A stretch of DNA of 64,000 bases from a virus (taxonomy: Duplodnaviria > Caudoviricetes), in IMG/VR virus record IMGVR_UViG_3300033121_001301, positions 1-64,000 of that record, one strand, 5' to 3'. Position 1 is the first letter of the stretch. Each line of letters begins with the position of its first letter. Shown one piece after another: positions 8,801 through 16,611 of the stretch. The translations under genes were made by a program, and so were the position numbers. Below the pieces are notes generated by a model that had not been told where the DNA came from, ran no database searches, and was given only the letters and a program-made list of their open reading frames with translations.

Positions 8801-11800
8801 ACCCCCCACTCTTAAGAGCTGGAGCAGCTTCTTCCTCGTAGTACGGCTTGTATGGCTGAGCAGCTGGAGCAATGTCAGGCTTGGCTTCAGGAGCATAGAT
8901 GTTGTTGTTAGTAGCAGAACGACGGATCTTGTTCTGAGCTGCTCTGCCACCGAGGAATGGGGCCAGACCTGGGACAATGCCAACACCAACTCTGCCCAGT
9001 GTGCTGTTAGGACTGGCAACACCAGCAATAGTTCTTCGGTGAAGGCGATCGCCAAGCTCAGAAAGAGGGCCAGCTGAGCTCATTGGATTAAGCCAATAGT
9101 GGAATGGTCGTTCTTTCCTCATGTACCGGTGACCAGCAACATCTGAGTCTTTGTCAGCGAAATGACCCTGCATGGAGACGTGCCAAGGTGTTTCTCGCTT
9201 GGTGACTGGGCCTTCAGCACCTTCCAGCTTGTCCTGGTGTGGCTTGATGTGATCAGCGTACATCTGGGCTGTGCTCTTCTCCAACTCGGGAGAGCCACCA
9301 GATCGAATACCAGAAAGAGCACCCACAATGCCTTCCTGATGCCCACTGCGAGTAGGATCCAACTGACTGAGGATTCTCAATGGCATGTTGTTGGCAAGCC
9401 TGGCTCCACCAGTTCTGATGCGGCTACCAAGAGCCTTCTGAACTGGAGCAAGTCCGATAGCTGCCCGGTCATACAGAGAGCTGTCAGGCTTCTTCATGGT
9501 TTTCATCTTGTCAGCAGACCGCTCAATAGCAGTACCGCCAACTGAATCAGCCACGTAAGCATGCTGAATTGGCCCCAGCTTCTTCTTGGGCTTCTTTTCT
9601 TCCTTGTCTTCCTCAGCAGCTTGCTTGAGCATAGCAGCTGCTTTAAGAGTTGGAGTAGCTTCTTCAACAGGAGTGGGCTTTTTGAATTTACGATTAGCCA
9701 TGATGTTACTCGCTATTCTGGTGCCAACGCCTAGAGGGACGCTGGCATAACCTACAGGATCAATTGCCCCACCAACATAAGTGGCGTAAGCAGCTGGTAA
9801 AGTTCGAGTGCGGGCTTCTTCTCTGGATTTCAACTCTTCTGGCTTATCTTTGAGAACATCTTGTAAGGCTTTGTGGCTTTCTCTATTTGCCTGTCTTTCG
9901 TACCAGAGGTTTGCGGCATTACTGGCGTAGGGGATTTTAACTCCCATCGCTTCTGCTAACCCCAACCCGCCTTTCAGGGCGTAAAGATCGCGAAGAGTAC
10001 CAGCAGCTTGCCTGCCCAGCCAAGTCTTTGGTAGCGGCCTATTGTTGAAGTCAATTGCATGTCCAAGCTCATGCTCAGTAACAACTTTATTGTTAGAGGG
10101 CTGAACTACTGTGTTGGTGTACGGATTGTAATGTGGGCTTCGAAGAATAGCTTGAATCAGAGTATTAGAGGGTAGAGCCAAAAGACCTAGAGCTTTCCCC
10201 AGCGGCCCCGTTCGCTTGTTAGTGACAGTTCTCTTCAGATCCTGCCACATGTTGCTGCCACCAAGACTGACTCGAACATCATTCAGCTGGTGGGGTCTGA
10301 CAGAAGCAAAATCCTCTGCTATGTTCTTATGCTCTTGTGCCCTGTCTGGTCTAGCTGGATTTTGAAGCATATTTGAAAGAATCAGCGGCTGGAGACTGGC
10401 AATAGAGCCAACTCTTCCAAGAGTAGCATTGACTGCACCAGTTACTGGATCAGCTGTACCTACTTCAATACCGGCTTTGGTTAGCCCTCGAGAGTTCAAG
10501 AACGATGCGTCGTAGATGGTTGGATAGGTCTTAGCCTGTTTGTAGCTACCAGTCAGCCAATTCGCAGACTTAGCCACTCGAACACGCGAAGGCTCTTCTT
10601 CCTCTGGTTCTTCTCGCTTTTTACCATCAAGTTTATCTCCGATGGCTGCCCAGATGCTTCGAGGATGGTTCCACTGCCAGCCTGGATTAACACCAGTATC
10701 AAAAGAAACACCAGGTATCGGTCCAGAAATACCTACGCCACCTCTTCTGCCACCAACTCTGATGCCGAGATTTGGAACAGGTATAGTTCCGAGAAGATAG
10801 TCATAGCCGACTTCAGCTCCAAGCCCTCTGCCAGTTCCCAAGTGATACCTTCCACCACCCCAAGCTGGAACTGCTGACTTGAGGAAGTTGATCGAACCCA
10901 TCTTGGGAATCATCGGAGTCGGTCCAGCAACTGTAGGAGGAGACTCCATTATTTTCGCTGGGATTGGTCCAGGGATAGGTGCCAATGGCTCAGATGGAGC
11001 AGTTGGAGTTGGTCCAGGTAGTGTGGGTGGAGCTTCAAAGCTATTCCGTAGCTTATCCCTTACCATATCTCTCTTGATCATCTCAGCGCCCATAATGCCT
11101 CGATCGACTTTTTTGTCACCAGTCAGATTTAACCTCTGATGGAGATCCGCCTTTTGTTTAGCGGCTGCATCTCGAAGAGAAGGTCTAGGCTTCTCTGGAG
11201 CTGGTTGGAACTTAGGTTGGTTTGCCAGAGGATCAGTAACCTTCTTTCCGGTCAGATTCTTGTAAAGATGGTAACCACCAGCAGCAGCGCCAGCTCCAAG
11301 AGCCACTGGTGCAACTGCTGAAAGCCAAGAAGGAATGATCGACTTCTTCTTAGGTCTACCGTATTCGTCATACTCTTCTTCAGACCCCATCTTCGGCATA
11401 CCTGCCCCTGGAGTCATGATTTGATTCACAGCCCCGCCAATCGGATTAGGTAGCGTTGGAACTACACCAGGTGAAGCTGGGAACGGAGCTGGCTTGGGTG
11501 CATTGAATGCGGGAGCAGAACCACCGACAGGGTTAGGTAGAGTTGGAACAATACCTGGTGAAGCTGGAGCCGATCCAGAAACAGCAGGCTTCATGCCGCC
11601 CAAAGCTCTTTGAATGTGAGGAGGAACTCCAGTTACCACCCCGTCCAAAGCTTTTTGAATTTGAGGGGTCATTCCTGGAATAGCAGCTGGTTGCTTGGCT
11701 GCTGGTGGAGTGTAAACAGCTGGATCAATGGCAGACTTTTGAGTGAGCATGTGAGAAGCCTTTCCGGACTTTTGAACCGGGGAAGATGGCCGAGGTACTC

Positions 11801-13793
11801 GAATATAAGAGCCAGTGTTTCGATCGTAATCTATCATCCAACTACCATCGCGTTTTTGCAAGCCAAATGGAGTCAGAAAGTTAATCGAACCAGCCTTCTG
11901 AATACCCGTAGTAGTACCAGCAGTAATCGATGGTGCCTTGGTGGGAATCGCAGCTGACTGCGCTGGAGTAGCTCCGATCGCTGGCTTGGGAGCTGGTGGA
12001 GTAGTACCAAGCTGCTTGTTCAAAGCTGGGGCTGTGAGTGGCATGGATGGACCTGCTGGTGTTACCTTCACTGACCCTGGTGGAAGATCAGGAGTTGATC
12101 TGTTTCTGACGTAGATTTTTGGATCTACCCCCGAGCCTGGCATCAGTGGAGCAGTGAAAGCCCCTCTTGGCTTGCTTGGATACTTCACTTCCACAGAAGC
12201 TGGTGGCCATTGCATGTTCTGGTTCAGAGGCTCGCCAGGCTGCATATTGGCTGTTGATTTGCGAAGAGCATTGTTTGGAGCAGCGTAAAACCGTCTAGTG
12301 TAATCGCCTTCAGACTCTCCAGGCTGACGGGGAGCAGAAGAAGGATCAATATTAGAGATCAATTCATTGATTGCTTTTCGTTGCTCAAACAGCTTGTGGG
12401 TTTGACGCGATTCAGCATTGTGCTGCTGCATGGCATCCTGGTTCAACCCTCTCCGGATATCAACCACATTGGTTGACTCTGGTCTTCCAGTGAGATTCAT
12501 GGGCTTTGCGTGATAAGGCAATGCCTGCCGCTGTCTTGCAGCTTCAGCGTCGATCACTTCCTTCTGCTTGAGCCAACGATCACCTGGGCCACCCTCATCC
12601 CAAAAGCCTACCATCGTTGGGATGTCAGCAGAGAGCTTAAGCCAGTTGATAGACCCAGACTTCTGAACCTGTCTACGTTGAGAAAGAAGGTGTTTGAGCA
12701 CTTCCACCCGCGCAGCAAAAGCTTCAGGAGACATTGGGGTGACGTTCTTCATCAAACCAAGAGCCTTCCTGGGTGAGTAGTAGCCACGATTGTTAGCACT
12801 CCAATGATCCAATGGATTGCCACTTAAAGGTACTGAGTCATCAATGTCAGCAGTTACAAAGTGACTTTGACTGCCATGGTATTTCTGCTTCTCAGGGGAC
12901 AAGCCAGCTCTTTGTTCTGGAGTCCAAGCAAAAGAAACAGGCTTTACTGGCAGAAGACGTGGGTTCTTGACAGTCAGACCAGTCTCTTCAAAGAACTCTC
13001 TGGCTGCTGCTGTAGGAATGTCTTCGCCATCATCTACGCCACCACCTGGTACTGCGAATGACTTATCGTTGTCCCATACGCCGCCATAGATCTTCCCCGC
13101 TTTGTCCCTGGCAAACATCTCAGCCCGGTTGCGGAATAGTGGAGCAGCAGCAGGAGCGACTGGAGCTGTTGAAACATCAGCCTTCTTCTGTGTTTCCTTC
13201 GGCTTGGAAATGATCTTAATATCAGCAGATATGTGAGTGATTCCAGGCTTATCAAAGAAACCTACTGGCATGTTCTTATCGAAATGCCTTCGCTCTTTGT
13301 CTTCTACAAATGCGTTGAAAAGCTTGTCGATACCCTCGAAGATTGAAGCAGACTTCCTGCTTTCAAAGAAGTCAGCTTTCCTCTTCTTGGCTTCAGCCAG
13401 TGCTTCTGAATCAATCGAAGATTCTGGCAACTGCACTGGATACTTACCCCAATCGCTCTTTGCAGTGGGTGTACAGGTTCTGCAATCAGAAGGATCAACA
13501 TCATAGACTTGAGCAGCACCGATCGCTCGAGCGCCGCCATATGGCTTCTTGCATTCCTTGCAGTGATGATAGACCGGGTACTTCTGGGCAGCAGCTTTAG
13601 CTGTAGAAGGTGCAAACATCTGAGGATTTGATGCAGGTGCTGGCGGAACTGGAGCTGGCGACTTCAAAGGTAGCTTTGCTACAGGTGGGGTAGCGGGCTT
13701 GGTGTAGTTGTATCTGGAAGATGGAGAATTACCGATGATGGCAAATGGCATAGCTCCACCAGCATCAGCTATCTTCAGGTAATTCCTCGTCAT
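5868..13793 (-). CDS. Giant 2641-aa multi-module (polyvalent) protein, probable virion internal/ejected polyprotein
   Basis: Uninterrupted ORF with a CxxC..CxxC N-terminus, Nudix box, HELGH motif, duplicated modules, Gly-rich hydrophobic segments, Pro-rich linkers and repeated K-x-[AG] junctions. Confidence 0.9.
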   Translation of the reverse strand: MTRNYLKIADAGGAMPFAIIGNSPSSRYNYTKPATPPVAKLPLKSPAPVPPAPASNPQMFAPSTAKAAAQKYPVYHHCKECKKPYGGARAIGAAQVYDVDPSDCRTCTPTAKSDWGKYPVQLPESSIDSEALAEAKKRKADFFESRKSASIFEGIDKLFNAFVEDKERRHFDKNMPVGFFDKPGITHISADIKIISKPKETQKKADVSTAPVAPAAAPLFRNRAEMFARDKAGKIYGGVWDNDKSFAVPGGGVDDGEDIPTAAAREFFEETGLTVKNPRLLPVKPVSFAWTPEQRAGLSPEKQKYHGSQSHFVTADIDDSVPLSGNPLDHWSANNRGYYSPRKALGLMKNVTPMSPEAFAARVEVLKHLLSQRRQVQKSGSINWLKLSADIPTMVGFWDEGGPGDRWLKQKEVIDAEAARQRQALPYHAKPMNLTGRPESTNVVDIRRGLNQDAMQQHNAESRQTHKLFEQRKAINELISNIDPSSAPRQPGESEGDYTRRFYAAPNNALRKSTANMQPGEPLNQNMQWPPASVEVKYPSKPRGAFTAPLMPGSGVDPKIYVRNRSTPDLPPGSVKVTPAGPSMPLTAPALNKQLGTTPPAPKPAIGATPAQSAAIPTKAPSITAGTTTGIQKAGSINFLTPFGLQKRDGSWMIDYDRNTGSYIRVPRPSSPVQKSGKASHMLTQKSAIDPAVYTPPAAKQPAAIPGMTPQIQKALDGVVTGVPPHIQRALGGMKPAVSGSAPASPGIVPTLPNPVGGSAPAFNAPKPAPFPASPGVVPTLPNPIGGAVNQIMTPGAGMPKMGSEEEYDEYGRPKKKSIIPSWLSAVAPVALGAGAAAGGYHLYKNLTGKKVTDPLANQPKFQPAPEKPRPSLRDAAAKQKADLHQRLNLTGDKKVDRGIMGAEMIKRDMVRDKLRNSFEAPPTLPGPTPTAPSEPLAPIPGPIPAKIMESPPTVAGPTPMIPKMGSINFLKSAVPAWGGGRYHLGTGRGLGAEVGYDYLLGTIPVPNLGIRVGGRRGGVGISGPIPGVSFDTGVNPGWQWNHPRSIWAAIGDKLDGKKREEPEEEEPSRVRVAKSANWLTGSYKQAKTYPTIYDASFLNSRGLTKAGIEVGTADPVTGAVNATLGRVGSIASLQPLILSNMLQNPARPDRAQEHKNIAEDFASVRPHQLNDVRVSLGGSNMWQDLKRTVTNKRTGPLGKALGLLALPSNTLIQAILRSPHYNPYTNTVVQPSNNKVVTEHELGHAIDFNNRPLPKTWLGRQAAGTLRDLYALKGGLGLAEAMGVKIPYASNAANLWYERQANRESHKALQDVLKDKPEELKSREEARTRTLPAAYATYVGGAIDPVGYASVPLGVGTRIASNIMANRKFKKPTPVEEATPTLKAAAMLKQAAEEDKEEKKPKKKLGPIQHAYVADSVGGTAIERSADKMKTMKKPDSSLYDRAAIGLAPVQKALGSRIRTGGARLANNMPLRILSQLDPTRSGHQEGIVGALSGIRSGGSPELEKSTAQMYADHIKPHQDKLEGAEGPVTKRETPWHVSMQGHFADKDSDVAGHRYMRKERPFHYWLNPMSSAGPLSELGDRLHRRTIAGVASPNSTLGRVGVGIVPGLAPFLGGRAAQNKIRRSATNNNIYAPEAKPDIAPAAQPYKPYYEEEAAPALKSGGLGINFLKSAIIPAWGGGQYHLGNDRVGLQAGYDYLLGTVPVPSLGIRVGGKRGGVGISGPLPGISLDNGVRPGWSWNHPRSIWAALGDKLDGKSSQPAQPQLASQPVNPNETYEESEARNFAAHVAKIKEEEEAESNAQRQKVQLRKAAAILKQANPNWLSNAWDKTKNWAADVGTKAVQAFNPDQFSRAGQVYGLNRMAGKGYVDSAIAGHGQLNPVTKGVTGGGLGMLAGAMAPAGMRDVAMPAAAGLGTMFSMANGPNGFEWKNMLEPETLIGGGLAAGAGYLGSKMMGGDEEEEEDLLGRRRPKPSGSPNWLMPALGIGAAGLGGYALYNHLNKAPQAPPPPSLQTKLNAGALAGYGAGKAIGAIPGAAKAWSNWGAPPVATTSGPAAAPPVAPQPPAGGQLPPIQNPFNNGSAPLVAATVGGAIPALNQGGAIQEAATGVNPAGVRVAPPSQQLPPNLSPLSKIIYEQPDQLLAGISAIDPTKATPQQQASMRGLVSKFVASEAMNDPSFPRLSDMYRNGYAGDAAALQKAKTYQQILNKAQQIGYGSKDFGNLNSLGEIDTSVPPTPMNLDTFKIPGMEAIGAFGYKDINSLAQAAADGDPNVPNALHALGAQGKLTLFKVLQDNQYRHFQSEKGAGSYSAVAADPRAAALHGALQHSSRISSTPLEPYDPSSLANPDAFKALTAGQRLQLVDDIRNPDNLGKALSSLSPELRQQAISNIASNFSRHAHMRDANQELTNVPDYLDPTVQTAIAKVRGLSEYRPLNAGQWRDLSAKGGNLGDFLSPYKLRETGALRTPEDVQAWQQAGPEAYKGYSPTQILTSASPESDQNIVNDWTKVLTSNLRKNFSEQDAMMGWTPKMTNKELGPLVVGLTHLKEYRPDVFKAVVNNLNQNFGKIPAVRGSRSSGAGGYENVPAYRDQIQPDSPTIDYNWDDHLNRFLGQLQRGGLNPITGLSQSMNGRNEIRLDQLPE
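8524..8775 (-). repeat. Internal duplicated module, copy B (about 85 aa)
   Basis: PAWGGGQYHLG...GYDYLLGTVPVPSLGIRVGG...WNHPRSIWAALGDKLDGK. Shares a 29-nt identical run with copy A. Confidence 0.9.
9720..10500 (-). other. Zincin-like metallopeptidase module inside the giant protein
   Basis: YNPYTNTVV...TEHELGHAIDF (HExxH at 10059-10073) with a downstream LWYERQAN (E..A third-ligand pattern). Boundaries are approximate. Confidence 0.65.
10621..10870 (-). repeat. Internal duplicated module, copy A (about 85 aa)
   Basis: PAWGGGRYHLG...GYDYLLGTIPVPNLGIRVGG...WNHPRSIWAAIGDKLDGK. Confidence 0.9.
12760..13140 (-). other. Nudix hydrolase module inside the giant protein
   Basis: Complete Nudix box G-GVDDG-E-DIPTAAA-REFFEETGL matches GX5EX7REUXEEXGU. 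Boundaries are approximate. Confidence 0.9.
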
Positions 13794-13950
13794 TTCCGTG
13801 TTCCTGTGTCAGCATAACCATAAAAGTGATAATTCCTGAATTGCACATCTCAAAACAGGAATGTCAGAATGCTAAGTTGATTGTCAATAACCTTTTATGT
13901 CAAACAGGGGGTACTTTTTGCAGTGAAAATCTCAGAGGTGATGAGAGCTT

Positions 13951-14289
13951 TCACATCATTGGTTTTTGTCTGGGCATAACGCTTCCGTTAGGTCCAGTCA
14001 TAGGTTTGGGCATACCAACAGGCTGGCCGATGGTCGAGGGAGCGGGCATTCCCAGCTGCCCCAGAGGCATCGTGCCAGCCATTGGTAGCGTAGGCTGTTT
14101 GTTCGCACCACCAGCAAGGTTGTGCGGGCTCATCAGACCGGATCTCGCATTGACCATTCCATTGGTGTTACCGAAGCCTTCGCCGCGACCGGCAGCGGAA
14201 GACTTGATCATAGTCAGTAACACAGCAGCGGAATGGTTGCCCCTTGCAGCGAGACCAGCAATCTTTTGAAGCGGTGACAGCGTTATCAT
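13951..14289 (-). CDS. Small Gly/Pro/Met-rich protein
   Basis: 112 aa with GGAG-like RBS context. The N-terminal LQKIAG and IKSSAAG resemble the junction motifs of the giant protein. Confidence 0.65.
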   Translation of the reverse strand: MITLSPLQKIAGLAARGNHSAAVLLTMIKSSAAGRGEGFGNTNGMVNARSGLMSPHNLAGGANKQPTLPMAGTMPLGQLGMPAPSTIGQPVGMPKPMTGPNGSVMPRQKPMM

Positions 14290-14320
14290 CTAGGAACTCA
14301 CAAAAACCTATCCACATAGA

Positions 14321-14587
14321 TTAGCGAGTCAGAACAAAACTATCTACGGGAGTCTTATCGATCTCGTAAACGCCCTCTGGGGACTTCCTGTAGCCCATAG
14401 AGAGCAGTTTAGCCTCCAGCGCCTCGGAAGTCGGTGGAGCCTTCCCTGAGCAGTCTGAGACGACCACAGGGCAGTAGGTATTGGTAGTCATGTCACGGAG
14501 AAGCATAACCGTTTTCAGCTCAGGCTTGATCCTTTCGGGGAGTTGGTAGTTTGAGGGGAGTTCGACAGTTACATTCTCAGCGGTCAT
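14321..14587 (-). CDS. Hypothetical protein
   Basis: 88-aa ORF with normal composition, collinear with neighbours. Confidence 0.65.
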   Translation of the reverse strand: MTAENVTVELPSNYQLPERIKPELKTVMLLRDMTTNTYCPVVVSDCSGKAPPTSEALEAKLLSMGYRKSPEGVYEIDKTPVDSFVLTR

Positions 14588-14635
14588 AGAGACCCTTTCA
14601 AAACTGGCAAGCTACCACACAATCGCTGTGATAGC

Positions 14636-14680
14636 TAAAAAAAAGGCAACCCGCATCAGATAGAATCTGATGCGGGGCAC
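14636..14680 (-). terminator. Intrinsic terminator
   Basis: Stem CCGCATCAGA/TCTGATGCGG (14651-14675) with a 5-nt loop, followed on the minus strand by a T run. Lies just downstream of 14702-15751. Confidence 0.85.
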
Positions 14681-14701
14681 TTTTATGGGTTGATGGTTAA
14701 G

Positions 14702-15751
14702 TTAGCTGCGAGGTTTCAAAAATGAGAAGATGGGTGCATTCGTGCCACCCTTCAGGGATTCGCGTTTAGCGTTCTTGGCCATGAGAGCCAAACGCTGCAA
14801 ATCACGCTCATATGTTGGGTGAACGCTGATCACTGGGAACGTGGCGGTCATGACAGGTTCAGCACCTTTTTCAAGGATGCCGAAACTGCCAAGACGGGGA
14901 ACCAGGACTCGAGTCCCAGATTCTGCCACAGCTTGTGGAAGCTTCTTCGTAAGCTCCACAACCAGTTTGCGACTGCGACCAGCGTCTACCACCAGGTCAA
15001 TCAACTCGGTAATAGCACCCTTGGGGTAGGTGCTACAGTTCCGAGCCAGGTAGGTAGCGACCCGGTATTCCATCTTCTCAACATCAGGATCAGCGAAATC
15101 CATGAATGGATCTGTAGCTTCCTGAATGATAAACAACGAACAGCCATAGCTGTCGTCATTGATCGCAGGAAGATTCATCGCTGTGCTGTACCAGAAAGCA
15201 ACCCGAGCGTCACCAGCGTGAGCCAGAGTGCAATGCTGCTTCCGGTCAAACCGGATATTGTTCCCCTGGGTGATGTCGTACTCAGGGTTCCGCAGCATGT
15301 GGCGGAAGAGGTGCTGGAACACCTCAACTTCGTGCTCCTGACTTGAGGTATCCAATTGGATACCCAGAGAAGAAGCTCGCTGATGGTGCTCTGGAACGGG
15401 AGCATCTCCGTAGTTGTAGACCCCAGCAAGGATGCAGGCTCGCACCCAGCTGAAGTCCCAGGTCTTGCATTCGCCAGTTGTCTGACGAGCGCATGATCCA
15501 CCTTCGTGAATCGTAACCTTCTCAAAACTCTTGTGATCACAGATCTGATTCTGGATCGTTGGTGTGGTCTCACCAACATAGTTCAAAGGCTGAACGAACT
15601 CGAGGGTCATGGGGGCCAAGAAGCCGCTGGCAGCGCGAACCGACTCGAATACGTCGTCGAAGCTGACTTCACCATTTACGAATGGAAGTGAGTTATCGAC
15701 CAACTGATCAGCGGCGGCTGCGACGGACAAAATAGCGTTCGACATGTTCAA
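14702..15751 (-). CDS. Hypothetical protein with possible C-terminal HU/IHF-like domain
   Basis: RBS AAGGGG. C-terminal ITELIDLVVDAGRSRKLVVELTKKLPQAVAESGTRVLVPRLGSF resembles the HU helices and G..V....G.F strand. Confidence 0.7.
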   Translation of the reverse strand: MNMSNAILSVAAAADQLVDNSLPFVNGEVSFDDVFESVRAASGFLAPMTLEFVQPLNYVGETTPTIQNQICDHKSFEKVTIHEGGSCARQTTGECKTWDFSWVRACILAGVYNYGDAPVPEHHQRASSLGIQLDTSSQEHEVEVFQHLFRHMLRNPEYDITQGNNIRFDRKQHCTLAHAGDARVAFWYSTAMNLPAINDDSYGCSLFIIQEATDPFMDFADPDVEKMEYRVATYLARNCSTYPKGAITELIDLVVDAGRSRKLVVELTKKLPQAVAESGTRVLVPRLGSFGILEKGAEPVMTATFPVISVHPTYERDLQRLALMAKNAKRESLKGGTNAPIFSFLKPRS

Positions 15752-15787
15752 TCCCCTTAAAGCTTCCGTGTTTTTTCCAGTTGTTAT

Positions 15788-15842
15788 TGACCGCTAGGAA
15801 CTGGACTCACCAAGCGTCCTGGAGCTTCCCCAGGAGTATTAC
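15788..15842 (-). promoter_or_regulatory. Conserved tandem-hairpin leader motif, copy 1
   Basis: GTAATAC-TCCTGG-GGAAGCT-CCAGGA-CGCT...AGCG-GTCA, upstream of 15751. Confidence 0.6.
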
Positions 15843-15885
15843 TTTCAGTTTTCAGCCATGAAGTGGGCTGTTCTGGGTGTGTGCT

Positions 15886-15920
15886 AAAAAAAAACCCTGC
15901 TTGTGCGAGCAGGGTTTCTT
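15886..15920 (-). terminator. Intrinsic terminator
   Basis: Stem AAACCCTGCT/AGCAGGGTTT with a long T tract on the minus strand, after 15938-16525. Confidence 0.85.
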
Positions 15921-15937
15921 TGGATTGATAGGATGAA

Positions 15938-16525
15938 TTACTTCTTCAGCAGAGCCACCAGGTGGTCTTTATCAGTCTGAGACTGCAGAGTGCTGAGACC
16001 ATTCGCACTGAGTTCAGCACGACGTGTCTCTTCCACAGCCTCAAAAAGCTCGTTGTTCAGCTTTACTTGATCCATCTTGTCAGCTACTGCCAACAGGTCA
16101 GAGATCTTACGATAAGCTGCTGCTGTTCGTGATGCGTAAGCTCGCATCCGTTTGTCAGCGTGTGGATAGTCGGTGAACGCAGAGTCCAGATTCTGAGCAG
16201 CTTCATTGTAAATAGCTACCCGAGCCGAGATCCTCCACGATGCGAACCACAGACTGGTCGTCTCTGTGGTTGTCCACTTCCTGATGGAACCGATATGGTT
16301 GTACAGCTCTTCCGAAGCAACGGCTGTGTCGTTGGCTGGAGACCCACTGACGGTCTTTTCGCCAAACATTCCGAAGCACCAGGTTTTGTCCTGAATACTG
16401 CGATTCTTGTAGGAATCAGCAATATTCGGAGCATCTGCTGCGAAGGCAGATGAACCAGTGAAGAGAAGAGCAACTGCCAGGCTGACGGTGATGAAGTTTT
16501 TCACGGTGAACAGATTCCCAAACAA
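15938..16525 (-). CDS. Putative exported helical protein with signal peptide
   Basis: TTG start. KNFITVSLAVALLFTGSSAFA|ADA is a Sec-type signal with an AxA site. Confidence 0.7.
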   Translation of the reverse strand: MFGNLFTVKNFITVSLAVALLFTGSSAFAADAPNIADSYKNRSIQDKTWCFGMFGEKTVSGSPANDTAVASEELYNHIGSIRKWTTTETTSLWFASWRISARVAIYNEAAQNLDSAFTDYPHADKRMRAYASRTAAAYRKISDLLAVADKMDQVKLNNELFEAVEETRRAELSANGLSTLQSQTDKDHLVALLKK

Positions 16526-16547
16526 GCTAAAGAAAACAACACAACAG

Positions 16548-16589
16548 TGACCGCTTGTTAAGCGTCCAGGAGCTTCCCCTGGATATTAC
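16548..16589 (-). promoter_or_regulatory. Conserved tandem-hairpin leader motif, copy 2
   Basis: GTAATA-TCCAGG-GGAAGCT-CCTGGA-CGCTT-AAC-AAGCG-GTCA, upstream of 16525. Confidence 0.6.
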
Positions 16590-16611
16590 CCCCAGTCAAA
16601 CACTGGGATAG

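Noticed and set aside
13800-13905. Promoter from repeated (T)TGACA upstream of the giant ORF
   Set aside because: There are several -35-like hexamers but no -10 at a 16-18 nt spacing, and the spacing between repeats is irregular.
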